Below, one piece after another: positions 36,010 through 49,600 of a DNA stretch of 64,000 nucleotides. Below the pieces are notes generated by a model, which was given only the letters and a program-made list of their open reading frames with translations, did not search any database and was not told where the DNA came from. The DNA is from Azolla caroliniana (lineage: Eukaryota; Plantae; Polypodiophyta), in the NCBI GenBank assembly GCA_043228905.1, contig JBHGNT010000001.1, positions 13,826,001 through 13,890,000 on the forward strand, read 5' to 3'. The translations under genes were made by a program, and so were the position numbers. Position 1 is the first letter of the stretch. Every line of letters starts with the position of its first letter.

Positions 36010-39000
36010 TGTTAGAAATTGGCGCTTTCAAAACCTTCACCTCTCGGCCACAACCGAGGAAACACGAATCAATGCAGCAGTAAATCGAAAACACAGAGAG
36101 AGACTCGAATGCACAGGGTTTAGCGTGGAAAACCCTAGACGGGAAAAACCACGAGAGTGCAAGACTCCAACTATCACTATACGCAGGGAATGTACAATGG
36201 CGAGCTGCAAGGCGACGACCTTGAGCTCGCTGTCCTCGCCACAGGCGGCGGTATTACACAGAGGCGTCGACCTCTTCCTTTCTCTCTCTCTCACTCTCTC
36301 TCTCGGCTGCTCTCACTTCGCTCCCTCTAAGTGGAAAACAGAAAAATGAGCAACAACAACAAAACTGTTTGCCCTAAGTCATATTTATACACATATGACT
36401 TTCGGGCTATTTACAAATATAGCCTCGAGGGCCCTTGGCAAACATATTCACAAATATGTCCCCGCATCCGGATCTCTCTCCGGGTACATTCGTCATCCGG
36501 CTCCGTAACCGGGTCTTCATCATCCGGATCCGAAACCGGGTCTTCACCATCCGGTTCCGATACCGGGTACTCCTCATTCGGGTCTTCATTCCCGATTCCC
36601 GGACATCTGACCATCCCATCCGGAGGAACCGTAATCCCAACAAACTCCCCCTTCACTTCGGCATGGGATGTCTTTCCAGTCCGACCCTCTTCCGGCACGC
36701 TTCCAGCTTGTCGGGTGTGAGCACTTTGGTCAGCATATCTGACCCGTTCTCGTCCGTGTGGATCTTCGTCAGCACGAACTCCTGGTCTTCTATCCTTTCC
36801 CGGATCCAGTGATATCTTCGCTGGATGTGCTTCGTCCGGGAGTGATAGGCCGCGTTCTTCGCAAGGTGGATGGCACTCTGACTGTCGCAGTAGAGTCGGT
36901 ACTCCTCCTGCCGGATACCGAGCTCTCTAATGAAGTCCTTCATCCATATTATTTCCTTGCCGGCTTCAACAGCCGCCATGTACTCCGCCTCCGTGGTTGA
37001 CAACGCAACCGTCTTCTGCAGCCTCGACTGCCACGAAACAGCTCCCCCTGCATACGTCATCACATACCCTGATGTGGACCGGCTGGTATCTGCATCAGCC
37101 GACATATCCGAATCGGTAAAGCCGTCGAGTTCGGGCTTACCGGAGCCGAATCGGAGGCACACGTTTGCCGTGCCCTTCAGGTATCGGAGTATCCACTTGG
37201 CCGCGTTCCAGTGTTCTTTGCCGGGATTGCTCATGTACCGGCTCACCACTCCGACTGCATATCCTATGTCCGGTCTTGTACACACCATTGCGTACATCAA
37301 GCTTCCGACGGCAGAGGCATATGGTACTTTCATCATGTCCTCCTTCTCAGCTTTTGTCTTGGGGCTTTGCTTGCTGGACAACTTGCAGTTTGTCGGGAGG
37401 GTTGACCCGACCGGTCTTGCTTCCGACATGTTGAACCAGTGAGGCACCTTTGTCACGTACTTCTCCTGTGACAGCCACAACTGCTTCTTCTTCCGGTCCC
37501 GGATGATGTGCATCCCTAGTATTTGCCTCGCCGGACCCAGGTCCTTCATTGAGAAGGTTCGGTGAAGCGCTTTCTTCAGCATCCGTATCTTGACCTGGTC
37601 CTGTCCGACGATCAACATGTCGTCCACATACAGGAGGAGTATTAGAAAGTCTCCTCCTTCGAACTTCTTCACAAACACGCAGTGATCGGACTGCGTTTTG
37701 TGGTACCCTTCGTCGGTCATGAAAGAGTCGAACTTCCGGTACCCTTCGTCGGTCATGAAAGAGTCGAACTTCCGGTACCATTGCCGGGGAGCCTGCTTCA
37801 GTCCGTAAAGGCTCTTCTTCAACCGGCATACCAGGTGCTCCTTCCCTTTCTTCTCGAATCCTTCCGGTTGCTGCATGTAGATCTCTTCTTCGAGGTCACC
37901 GTGAAGGAATGCCGTCTTCACGTCCATCTGTTCTACCTCGAGGTCCATGCTTGCCGCTATGCTCAGCACCGTCCGGATGGAGGTCATCTTCACTACCGGG
38001 GCAAATATCTCGTCGAAGTCGACGCCCTTCTTCTGCTGGAACCCCTTCACCACGATCCTGGCTTTGTATCTCGGGGGGTTTCCGGCATCTCCCGGTTTCA
38101 GCTTGAACACCCACTTGTTTCGAAGTGCCCGCTTTCCTTTCGGCAACTCCACAAGTTCATATGTGTGGTTCTCATGCAGGGAATCCATCTCCTCCTGCAT
38201 GGCACTTAACCACCTGCGGCTATGGGTGTCAAGCTTTGCTTCTTCAAAACTCTCCGGCTCCCCCTCGTCGGTTAGCAGCACGTGCTCTGGTTCCGGAAAT
38301 CTCCGGGGGGCCCTTCTCTCTCTTAGAGGATATCTCCGTTCCGGAGCTTCGGTAACCGGCTCCTCCGTTTCCTCTTCATCCGAATCCATTCCGGGATCGG
38401 GGCCGGTTCCGGTATCAGTTTCATCTTCCTCGGCCGGTTCTGTTTCTTCACCCTCTTTGGCCGGATCCTCGAGTGCTAACCGGTCCCTTGCCGGTTGGGA
38501 CTGCTCCTCGTAGAGTTGATCCTCACCGGTCGACTTGGAGCTCTTCATCTTCTTTTCCGACTCCCAGTCGGCGAGTGTCTTGTCCTCCATGAAGATGATA
38601 TCACGACTCCGGAATATCTTTTTGTCGACCGGGTCCCATACTCGGTAGCCGAACACGTCATCGCCGTAACCGAGGAATATGCATGGCCGGGTCTTTGGAT
38701 CTAGATTTCCTCTCCGGTCCTTTGCCACATGCACATATGCGAGACACCCGAACACCTTCAGATGCCGGTAGGATACTTCCCTACCGGTCCACACTCTCTG
38801 CGGCGTGTCTCCGTCCAAAGGTACTGAGGGTGATCTGTTTATCACGTATGTAGCCGTCGACATTGCCTCAGCCCAAAACCCCTTGGGTAATTTCGCATGC
38901 GCCAGCATACTCCGGACCCTCTCCATTATGGTCCGGTTCATCCTCTCGGCCAGCCCGTTCAGTTTTGGCGTCTTCGGCACAGTAAACTCGAGCCGGATTC

Positions 39001-41426
39001 CCTTCGAGCGACAGTACTCCTCGAACTGCCCCCGGTATTCCCCTCCGTTATCCGCTCGTATCGCTTTCAGCTTCTTGCCGGATTCCCTTTCCACTCTCGC
39101 GTGGAGTTCTTTGAAGACGCACAACACTTGGTCCTTTGTCTTCAACGGTGCCGTCCACAGCTTCCGGCTGTGGTCATCAATGAATGTCACGAAGTACTGA
39201 GCTCCGCCATGTGACTTCGTTTCTACTTGACACACGTCAGTGTGCACCAACTCCAATGGTGCGCTACGTCTCGTCGGTGGCCTTGAGTGGAAGGAGGTTC
39301 GGTTCTGCTTACCGGCCAGGCAATCGGTGCACTTCTCCAGGTGCACATGCTTCACTGGAATAAGGTTGTCTTCTGCAAGCCTCTTCATCCCCTTCTCACT
39401 CATGTGGCACAGTCTCTTGTGCCACAGCTCACCGGCAGTGTCGGCTGCCACGTTCAACTCCTCCGGACACAACCAGGCATTCATAAGGTACAGTGTGTTG
39501 ACTTTCCAGGCCCGAGCCACTATCAGGCTCCCCTTGCTGAACTTCATTACGCAGTTCCGGATGCTACCTGTGTAGCCTTCATCGTCTAGCCTCCCGGCCG
39601 AAATCAGGTTCAATCGAACCTCCGGAACGTGTCGGACATCCTTCAGCAACATTTTGCATCCGGTCGAGGTTGTCAACCACACGTCTCCTATGCCGGCAAT
39701 CCGGCACGTACCTTCATTTCCCATCTGAACACAGCCATGCTCACCGGCTGTGTAGGATGAGAAGTATCTTCTTTCCGGGGTCAGGTGGAACGACGCTCCG
39801 GAATCGACCACCCAGGTAGTCTCATCGCCAGCAATGTTTAGTTCACCTTCTTCGGTGATGAGCATGATCTCCTCTTCACTTGCCGCGAGTGCCGTCGTTC
39901 CTTTCCGGTCCTGCCCTCGCCGATCCAAACCATTCCGGTCCGTGGCTCCCCGGTAAGCACCGTTCCGTTCCGAAGACTTCTTCAAATCGGTGTCGTCGGC
40001 TCCGTTGTCTTTTCGGTAATGCCGACAATTCTTTCGGAAGTGCCCCGGCTTCCCACAGTGGAAGCATGTGGGCCTTCCTCTTGACTGCGACCGGGTCCCC
40101 GACTTCTCCCGTCTTTGCGGACTCCGGTTCCGTTGTCTTCCCCGATCCGATTCGGTAAGCAGCATCTTCGGATCGGAGGCCGGTTCTTTATCTCTCCGAC
40201 GCGCTTCTTCGTTCAAAATGCTTGTCTTTACCGTTTGTAGGGACAAGTTATCTTCGGTGCAGGAGGTGCTGAGAGTCACCACCAAGTTCTCCCAGCTTTC
40301 CGGCAATGTACACATCAGCATGATGGCTTGCATTGCATCCTCCAACGGGAACTTGATCGCCGCAAGCTGGTTCACGAATCCCATGAACATGCTCACGTGT
40401 TCCACCATACTCTCGCCGTCCCGGTACTTGAGGTTCACTATCTTCCTCATCAGGGAGGTCCGGTTCAACGCATTCTTCCTCTCGTAGAGGCCCGACAGCT
40501 TCTGCCACATCTCATATGCGTTGGTGTCGTTCGCCACATGTTGTAGAACGCTCACGTCGACGTATTGCCGAATGGTTGCAACGGCTTTCCGGTTCAGAAG
40601 CCTCCATTCCGTCTCAAGTACCCCCTTGGGTATTTCCGACCTGTCGATCGGTTCATACAGGTCCCGAACAATGAGCAGATCCTCCATCTTTATCTTCCAG
40701 TCGGCGTAGTTCTGCGCATTCAGCACCATCATCCCCGGCTGCCCGCTGCTGCCGCCTTCCATTTTCTGCACTGCAGTCGCTCTGATACCAGATTGTTAGA
40801 AATTGGCGCTTTCAAAACCTTCACCTCTCGGCCACAACCGAGGAAACACGAATCAATGCAGCAGTAAATCGAAAACACAGAGAGACTCGAATGCACAGGG
40901 TTTAGCGTGGAAAACCCTAGACGAGAAAAACCACGGGAGTGCAAGACTCCAACTATCACTATACGCAGGGAATGTACAATGGCGAGCTGCAAGGCGACGA
41001 CCTTGAGCTCGCTGTCCTCGCCACAGGCGGCGGTATTACACAGAGGCGTCGACCTCTTCCTTTCTCTCTCTCTCTCACTCTCTCTCTCGGCTGCTCTCAC
41101 TTCGCTCCCTCTAAGTGGAAAACAGAAAAATGAGCAACAACAACAAAACTGTTTGCCCTAAGTCATATTTATACACATATGACTTTCAGGCTATTTACAA
41201 ATATAGCCTCGAGGGCCCTTGGCAAACATATTCACAAATATGTCCCCGCATCCGGATCTCTCTCCGGGTACATTCGTCATCCGGCTCCGTAACCGGGTCT
41301 TCATCATCCGGATCCGAAACCGGGTCTTCACCATCCGGTTCCGATACCGGGTACTCCTCATTCGGGTCTTCATTCCTGATTCCCAGACATCTGACCATCC
41401 CATCCGGAGGGACCGTAATCCCAACA
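36010..41426 (-). mobile_element. Young, near-intact Copia (Tnt1/Tork-like): LTRs 36010-36642 and 40794-41426, TSD AGTCT
   Basis: AGTCT at 36005-36009 and 41427-41431. The 633-bp LTRs differ at about 6 substitutions plus two 2-bp microsatellite indels. tRNA-iMet PBS at 40779-40790 and PPT at 36643-36654. Confidence 0.97.
36653..40771 (-). CDS. Copia Gag-Pol polyprotein (1372 aa)
   Basis: Single uninterrupted ORF: gag, CFHCGKPGHFRKNC knuckle, WVVDSGAS protease, WHKRLCH, VHTDV/ADNGGEY/NGLAERMNR integrase, LYVDDML RT, FTDSD/TTEAEY/YCDSQ RNase H. Confidence 0.96.
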   Translation of the reverse strand: MQKMEGGSSGQPGMMVLNAQNYADWKIKMEDLLIVRDLYEPIDRSEIPKGVLETEWRLLNRKAVATIRQYVDVSVLQHVANDTNAYEMWQKLSGLYERKNALNRTSLMRKIVNLKYRDGESMVEHVSMFMGFVNQLAAIKFPLEDAMQAIMLMCTLPESWENLVVTLSTSCTEDNLSLQTVKTSILNEEARRRDKEPASDPKMLLTESDRGRQRNRSPQRREKSGTRSQSRGRPTCFHCGKPGHFRKNCRHYRKDNGADDTDLKKSSERNGAYRGATDRNGLDRRGQDRKGTTALAASEEEIMLITEEGELNIAGDETTWVVDSGASFHLTPERRYFSSYTAGEHGCVQMGNEGTCRIAGIGDVWLTTSTGCKMLLKDVRHVPEVRLNLISAGRLDDEGYTGSIRNCVMKFSKGSLIVARAWKVNTLYLMNAWLCPEELNVAADTAGELWHKRLCHMSEKGMKRLAEDNLIPVKHVHLEKCTDCLAGKQNRTSFHSRPPTRRSAPLELVHTDVCQVETKSHGGAQYFVTFIDDHSRKLWTAPLKTKDQVLCVFKELHARVERESGKKLKAIRADNGGEYRGQFEEYCRSKGIRLEFTVPKTPKLNGLAERMNRTIMERVRSMLAHAKLPKGFWAEAMSTATYVINRSPSVPLDGDTPQRVWTGREVSYRHLKVFGCLAYVHVAKDRRGNLDPKTRPCIFLGYGDDVFGYRVWDPVDKKIFRSRDIIFMEDKTLADWESEKKMKSSKSTGEDQLYEEQSQPARDRLALEDPAKEGEETEPAEEDETDTGTGPDPGMDSDEEETEEPVTEAPERRYPLRERRAPRRFPEPEHVLLTDEGEPESFEEAKLDTHSRRWLSAMQEEMDSLHENHTYELVELPKGKRALRNKWVFKLKPGDAGNPPRYKARIVVKGFQQKKGVDFDEIFAPVVKMTSIRTVLSIAASMDLEVEQMDVKTAFLHGDLEEEIYMQQPEGFEKKGKEHLVCRLKKSLYGLKQAPRQWYRKFDSFMTDEGYRKFDSFMTDEGYHKTQSDHCVFVKKFEGGDFLILLLYVDDMLIVGQDQVKIRMLKKALHRTFSMKDLGPARQILGMHIIRDRKKKQLWLSQEKYVTKVPHWFNMSEARPVGSTLPTNCKLSSKQSPKTKAEKEDMMKVPYASAVGSLMYAMVCTRPDIGYAVGVVSRYMSNPGKEHWNAAKWILRYLKGTANVCLRFGSGKPELDGFTDSDMSADADTSRSTSGYVMTYAGGAVSWQSRLQKTVALSTTEAEYMAAVEAGKEIIWMKDFIRELGIRQEEYRLYCDSQSAIHLAKNAAYHSRTKHIQRRYHWIRERIEDQEFVLTKIHTDENGSDMLTKVLTPDKLEACRKRVGLERHPMPK

Positions 41427-43689
41427 AGTCTTGGCGGGAGTCGATACTTAATCTCCTTCATCAACAACTACAGCCGCCACACGTGGATCTACCTCATCAA
41501 ATGGAAGACCGAAGTCTTCAAATGTTTTCGGAACTTACAAAACTTAGTTGAACGGGAAACGGAGAGGAAAGTCAAATGCTTGCGGTCGGATGGTAGAAAA
41601 GAATACTTCTCCGGCCAATTCAACAGTTCTCTATGGCAGAACAGAATTCGGACAATATTCAGCTGCAGATACACACCGGAGCAAAACGGAGTGGCCTAAA
41701 GGAAGAACCGGTCGATTGTCGACGCGGCAAGGGCAATGTTGGAGGAGAAGAGCATGCCCCATTTCTATTGGGCTGAGGCAGTCCGGTCGGCCGTCTACAT
41801 CCAAAACCGGATCGAAGACAAGGTGTCAACACATGATCTGTATTTCGGGCGGAAACCAAATTTGAGACACCTTCGAATATTCGGCAGCATAGCATATGTG
41901 CATGTACCGGATGAGAAGCGGAGGAAGCTGGATCCGAAGTCGAAGAAGTGCATCCTAGTCGGTTACTGAAATGAGCAAAAGCGGTAAAAGTGTTATAACC
42001 GCCGGACTAAGCAAGTCCGAGTAAGCCGAGATGTCAAGTTTGATGAGACGGCATCATGGTACTCCCTACCGACTCCAACTCCCGACGAAGACCCAATTCC
42101 AGAAGATGAGGTTAGTGAGCCCGAGGAGGTCCAACCAAAAGATGAAGAACTCATCACTCTAGAAGAGAGTCCGATCTCATTCCGGCTAAGTGGACCGAGT
42201 GACCGGCTAAGTCGGGATGACCAGTTGGATGAGGAACCAGCGAGTAGTGGAGACTCTATTGTGCTCTCCCCGCACAAGGAACTGAGGAGACGGTACACAC
42301 GCAAAGAGAAGGGGAAGAAGAAGATGCCGGAATACGAAACTGGTAATGTTGAGTCGGATCGGAGCGAATCTGACTCCGGAAAGGAAGAAGGTAGATCTTC
42401 AGAAAGGAAGTCTGAATCGGTCAAGAAGGGCCTCAAACTGGGTAACGACAAGTTACGTTGATCATCCCGCCAGAAGAACCTTGTTAGGCGGTACGGGTAC
42501 AATGAGTACATGGTGCATCACTATGCGTACATGACCAAAGTGGCGGAAGTGCGTGAACCGGAGAGCTACATAGAAGCGGCAAAGGACGCAAATTGGCATG
42601 CCGCTATGGAGGAAGAAATGCAAGCACTCGATGCCAACAACACATGGGACTCGTTGACCCTCCCTGACACTGTAAACTGGATTGGCTGAAGAAGCCTGAG
42701 CCGGATCGGTATCCGGAAACAACCGGCCGGATCAGAGAGCCGGATTTGAGCAGGAACCGGAAGCCTAATAGTAGCCTAGACTACTAGGTAATCATTGTCT
42801 CATAGTTAGTGTCAATCACATGTATGAGCATTGAAGTACCTGTCAGTACTTCTGTCAGTCCTTTATGGACTTTGTATAAATAGTGTTGTTATAGCACATT
42901 GTATGTACAGAGTTTTAGAGTCATTTTTGAATCTACATTTACGTTCTGCTCTCTTTGTCTCTCCCGTGTATTAAGCTTCTCTATTAAACCTTCATCTTAT
43001 TCTCTGTTGATATCCGGTTGAGCCGGTTTGTCTAATGCTTCCGCATGATAACATCCACAATAGTGAAGACTAGGACAATGACGAGAAGGACACTCATAAA
43101 GAAGACATTGGTGAAAGAGAAAGTGAAGACACCAGTGAAGGAAAGAAAAAGGACACCTATCAAAGAAAAAGGACACCCACAAGAGAAAGGGTGATGAATT
43201 CATCAACTCAGAGAAAGAAGATATGCCACTCCATCATTCGAGACACACCTCTCGGATGGCATTATTTACTTCGAGCATGACCAAAAGTTTTTGAAGAGCT
43301 GAGAGAGTGGTTGATAAAAACCTGGGGGTCACCACATACCGATACAAGGCGAGGATTCCACATAAGTGGCTTGAAGAAGGAATATGTGAACTTATTGAAG
43401 ACGAGATATGAACATGTTTATGATACTAATCAAATCTGTAACAATGAGGTGGGTACTGTTTTTGCACGTGCATTTGCATGTGAAGTTCAGGGTGGCATCG
43501 ACGTAGATTGGGAAGATTTTAATTGTCACCGATCAGAACATTATAGCGGGTCCTCCAGTACCAACACTGGCTTGAAGTCATCGGGAACCTCTCATGTGGA
43601 TATTCTGGCTACGAAACCTGTCCACCAAGTTCAATATGCAAAACTACGGGCCACAATGACGGAAAAGCACGAACAGATGATGGCCAGTT

Positions 43690-46600
43690 TGTCTAATACG
43701 AGTGTATATGGCCGTATTCACACTATCCTCTTTTGGATAGCCCAAGTTTGGGCTATTTCTGTAAATAGCATACAGGGCAGTTGCCCTAGGATAGTCACTA
43801 TATATAGTGACTTTGTAACCTTTAGTAAAGGTCGGTTGGTTGTCATTTTTTGTATTTGTTGCTATTGAGAAATAAGACGTTTCTTTGTGCCTATCTGTGT
43901 GTGTGTGTGTCTTGTTTCATTCTCATACATAGGTCCTTCAACATAACAAATGTTGTTTGTTCTTCCGCACTGATGACCTTGTCCCCAACATTTGGTATCA
44001 GAGCGTTGGAGGTTCTTCAACCCACTACCAACCGTCATCGTATACCACAACATTCTATTTTTTGTAACTTCTTGAAGAACAGAGAAGAGAGAACACAAAC
44101 AAGAAGTTTGCATCTCACTGTGTTAAATCACTAATTGGAGTAAGCTAGCCGGTTGTACTCTGTTCCTGTGATTGTAACCACTTGAGGCGAGCTCCTTGTG
44201 CAACACCCAACCCAATCGTGCTTCATTCGGTTAAACGACATCCGAATAGGTCACCGGACGCTATTCACTCGCTTGTTGTAACCAACCACTGCAGATTGGT
44301 CTCCTAGCAACAACCAAATTCGTGCTTCATTCGGCTGATCGACATTCGGGAGGATCAGTCGGATCCGTCCCTCTCATCGTTGCAATCATCTGAAGTAGAA
44401 TCGGCCCAAACAATCGGTTTCTTGTAATCGGTATTCAACATACAGTCGGAAGCTAACCGGGCTCACTCCGACTCGGCAACATTCGGGAAGACCAGCCGGT
44501 TCTGTCCCTCAAGTTATCGGAGTCACGCCGAGCAAGTTCAGCAACAAGTATCCGAAACCAAACCGACTCGGGTTCAAAAACCGACTAGAACGATATCGGG
44601 TGAGCCGACCGGCTGCACCCCACTAAGGTTCGTAGTCAACTCCGAACCGAGTCTTACCAACCAAAACCAAAGCAGATGGCATCAACATCCGGCTCATCGG
44701 AGATGAGTCTAAGGAGGTTTGACGATTCGAACTTCAACTTCTGGAAGGAACAAATGCAGGACTATCTCATAGTCAAGGGTCAGATAGACTCGATTGAGAA
44801 TGAAAATCCTCCAGAAGCATACAAGGCAAACGAATGGCTAAAGCTGGACAGAATCGTCCACGCCACGATTCGAATGCACTTATCGGAGTCAGTGTACTTC
44901 ACAGTGCAATCGTGCTCGACAGCTTTTGAACTATGGAAAACACTGTTGGAAACTTATGAAAAGAAGGTCGTTGCAACGAAGATGTATCTGATCCGGCACC
45001 TCTACAACTTGTGGATGAAAGAATCTGATTCGGTTCAGGCACACCTCAACGAGTACGAAAGCATAAGCTCCCAAATCTTGTCTCAGGGGACGGCAATCGA
45101 GGATGAACTCAGAGCAATGATACTCATGAGTAGTCTCCCCTCTTCATGGGAAACTTTCGTTACAACCGTGTGCAATGCTTCAATAGTTGTCGTTAAGTAC
45201 TCCGAAGTCACGAGCGCAATCCTGACTGAAGCAACTCGGAGAAAGTCTTTCGCCAAAGACTTGGCAGATGAAGCTTACGTAGTACAAGGTTCGATTTACC
45301 TATCGAACAACCGGGGAAGAAGTTCTTCCCGATCACCGAGCAATCAGCGAAGCCGGAGCAAGTCTCGGGACAACCGAATCTGCAACTACTGCAAGAAACC
45401 GGAACACATCAAAGCCGACTGCCGGGCACTCAAAGCAAAAACCGACAAAGCTCAGAGAGCAGATCAAAAGAGTAGCTGGCATGAGGAGGTCAACTACGTC
45501 AACTCTTCAGCCGAAATTTTGACGACCGACCCGAACATATTGTCCATAGAGAATCCAGTCGAATAAGAAGTTCTGCTTACGATTGAGGAATCGAGCACAT
45601 GGCTCCTGGACTCGGGCGCATCGTATCATGTGACACCTCACTGATCTCAGTTTCAGCAATACTTGGACCGGCACTCCGACTCAGTTCGAGTCGGAAATTC
45701 GCAACACTATGCTATAATCGGAATTGGCACCATAGAGCTCAACCTTCCGGGTGGCTCTACACTCATACTACACAACGTCCGACACGTTCCTAAGCTCTCA
45801 AGACCCTTGATCTCAGTTGGACAGCTTGACGAAGCCGGCATCCGTGTCAGATTCTCATCAGGAGGGTGGACACTCCACAAAGGGAACCTCCTGCTTGCTC
45901 GAGGACCAAAGGTACATTCCTTGTACCCTTTATATGTCACACTCAAAGAGGGTGACCTATTTTTGGTTGATATCCCTTTGTCATCGTTATGGCATGGACG
46001 ACTTGGACACCTCAGCAAGGCCGGCATAACATACCTATCCAGAGCCGGTTACATCCCCAAACTCTCCTTCTCGGATCACCAATTCTGCGAGCATTGCCAG
46101 TATGGCAAACAGGTAGCCACATCACACCCGACATCAACACCAAGAGAATCGAGTCCCCTCGATTTGGTCCACTCGGACGTATGTGGCCCGATGTCACATC
46201 AGTCTCTCGGCGGTGCTTCGTAGTTCGTTAGTTTTATTGACGACTCGACTCGGAAGGTGTGGGCTTACCCCATTAGAACCAAAGATCGAGTGTTCTTGAT
46301 CTTCTCCGAATGGCTTGCAATGGTCGAAAATCAGACCTGTCGGAAACTAAAATGTCTCTGAACTAACAACGGAGGAGAATTCAAGTCTAAAGAATTCGTC
46401 AAATTTTGCCGGGAACGCGGCATTCGACGTGAATATACGGCACCCTATAGTCTGGAGCAGAACGGAATTGTTGAACGCATGAATCGAACGATTCAAGAAC
46501 GCATAATATCCATGCTCCAACACTCCGGACTATCAGATGGCTTCTGGGTGGAGGCTCTACTTACGACAATACACATCATAAATATGTCGCCAAGTAGACC

Positions 46601-49600
46601 TCTAGGACTTAAAATACCTCAGGAAACATGGACCGGCAGTAAGCCGAATTATGACAAGCTGAGGATCTTCGGCTGCAAGGCGTATGCCCTCATACCGAAA
46701 GACGACCGCTGGAAACTCGAACCAAGATCAAGGAAATGTGTTTTCCTTGGATTTGGACCCGACGGCGAGACCGGATCCGACTCTGGGACCCCGAGCAGAG
46801 ACAAATCGTCCGAAGTTCAGACATCGTGTTCAACGAGTCGGCTATGCATAAAACGGCCGACGGCCTATTGAATTCCGAAGGGTCATATTCTCCGAAGTGC
46901 CAACCCTTCATGAAGGCCCAGCCCACAACACGAGATCGGTTTCACGGGTAACTGACACCTCCCGCACTGAATCCACCGATTCAGCACAGTCGAGTGACTC
47001 GGCTTCCGACCATCCGACATCTATACCCGGTGCGACCAGTCCAGTCATACCTCGAAGATCTGAGAGACTGTCGCAACCTCCGGAAAGGTATTCTCCCGAA
47101 ATTTTCTTTGCCGACACCGGCGAACCGACGTCTTATGAAGAAGCATCGGCATCTGCCGACTCAGCCACTTGGCATCTGGCAATGGAGTCGGAAATGCACT
47201 CCATTCGCGCAAACAAGACTTGGGACTTGGTCGAATTACCGGAGAATCGGCGTGCTCTTCCGTGCAAGTGGGTCTATCGATTAAAAGAGACGCCTGACTC
47301 GACCAACCCAAAGTACAAGGCCAGACTAGTTGCGAAGGGATTTCGACAAGAACATGGCGTCGACTTTGATGAAATCTTTTCACCAGTGTTGAAAATGACA
47401 ACCCTTCGTTTCATGCTCGGCGTCATGGCCGCCGACAACTTGGAGTTGATTCAGCTAGATGTAAAAACGGCATTCCTCCATGGTGACCTACAAGAGCAAA
47501 TCTATATGGAGCAGTCGAAAGGCTTTGTGGCATCCAGGTAGGAACATCTAGTCTGCCGACTCAGGAAGAGTTTATACGGCCTGAAATAGGCACCCCGACA
47601 GTGGTACAAAAAGTTCGACGACTTCATCTAGTCGGTCGGCTTCTCCAAGAGCGATGAGGACCATTGTCTCTTCACCAAAATAGCTCAAGACGGGTCTGAC
47701 ACGAACTACACACTCCCTATGCGCAACGCTCGGCCACAACCGAGCTTAGAATCATACACAGAAAAAAAAAACCAGGAATCAATGCATGACACAGTGAAGA
47801 GAAGAGTACACAGGATGTTTACGTGGAAAACCCAAACTAGGGAAAAACCACGGCAGCCCACAGGCTGCAAACTATCACTATGTTACAGTGTACAACAGTA
47901 AACCACTGAGGCAACAACCTCGAGCTTTCTATCTTCGCCACAAGCGGCGGTTACAACAGAGATACGAACTCTTCGTCTCTTTCTCTCTCTCTCTCTCTCT
48001 GTACACGGCTGCGCTATAATCTTGCCACGACAAGAAAATTAATAACCAAAAGTTTGCCCTAAGTCATATTTATACTAGTATGACTTTTCGGCTATTTACA
48101 AATATAACCACGATGGACTCTCAGAAACATATTTACGAATATGTCTCTTCATCCGATGAGCGCTCCTCACCGGGCCTACATCATCCGGATCTTGCCGGGC
48201 ATTCGTCATCCGGTTCTCACCAGGTCTTCCGTTTTCGGGTACTCCTCATCTGGTTCTCACCGGGTCTGCACCATCCGGCTCTCCATAGCCAGGTACTCCT
48301 CATCCGGTTTCGGCCTTGGCCTATCAGCCTCGGCTGAGTTTGTTCATCAGTACTGTTCTTCTCACTTCCCATCCGAAGGGACCTCTCTCCCAACAAACTC
48401 CCCCTTCACTCCAGCATGGGGTGTCTTACTAGTCCGATCCGCTTCCGGCATGCTTCCAGCTTGTCGGGTATCAGCACTTTGGTCAGCATATCTGACCCAT
48501 TCTTGGCCGTGTGGATCTTCGTCAGCGCGAACTCCTGGTTCTCCACTCTTTCCCGAATCCAGTGATACCTACGCTGGATGTGCTTCGTCCTGGAATGGTA
48601 CGCTGCGTTCTTAGCAAGGTGGATGGCACTTTGACTGTTGCAATAGAGATGGTATTCATCTTGCCAGATACCGAGCTCTCCGATAAAGTCCTTCATCCAT
48701 AACATTTCCTTGCCGGCGTCCACAACCGCCATGTACTCCGCCTCCGTGGTTGACAGCGCAACTGTCTTCTACAGCCTTGACTGCCACGAAACAGCTCCCC
48801 CTGCATATGTCATTACATACCCGGATGTAGACCAGCTGGTATCCACATCAGCCGACATGTCCGAATCGGTAAAACCGTCAAGTTGAGGTTTACCGGAGCC
48901 GAATCGGAGACACATATTTGAGGTGCCCTTCAAGTACCGGAGTATCCATTTGACCGCGTTCCAATGCTCCTTGCCGGGATTGCTCATAAACCGGCTCACC
49001 ACTCCAACTGCGTATCCTATATCTGGTCGGGTACACACCATTGCGTACATCAAGCTCCCGACGGCAGAGGCATATGGAATCTTCATCATATCAGCCTTCT
49101 CTGCTTTCGTCTTCGGACTTTGCTTACCGGATAATCTGCAGTTTGCCGGGAGTGTCGATCCGACTGGTTTTGCTTCTAACATGTTGAACCGCTGAAGCAC
49201 CTTTGTCACATATTTCTCCTATGACAGCCACAGTTGCTTCGTTGGCCGGTTCCGGATGATATGCATCCCCAGCATCTGTCTTGCCGGACCCAAGTCTTTC
49301 ATCGCGAAGGTTCGGTTGAGAGCCTTCTTCAGCATCCGTATTTTGGCTTGGTCCCGTGCGACGATCAACATGTTGTCCACGTACAGAAGGAGTATTAGGA
49401 AGTCGCCTCCTTCGAACTTCTTCACAAACACGCAGTGATCAGCCTGCGTCTTGTGGTACCCTTGATCGGTCATGAAGGAGTCGAACTTCCGATACCATTG
49501 TCGAGGAGCCTGCTTCAGTCCGTACAGGCTCTTCTTCAACCGGCATACCAGGTGCACCTTCCCCTTCTCCACAAATCCTTCCGGTTGCTGCATGTAGATC

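Larger units (their letters stand above)
33888..43059 (+). mobile_element. Copia retrotransposon: 5' LTR 33888-34272, 3' LTR ~42690-43059, TSD ATAGT; RT-RNase H deleted; hosts the 36010 element
   Basis: ATAGT at 33883-33887 and 43060-43064. PBS TTGTATCAGAGC. gag with CWYCGKKGHRESKC, protease WYVDS, and integrase split at 36009/41432. Confidence 0.92.

Noticed and set aside
36037-41699. Pairs of near-identical ORFs (e.g. 36331/41115, 36411/41195) and long antisense ORFs over pol
   Set aside because: They arise from the duplicated LTRs and from codon bias in GC-rich pol. No independent protein features.
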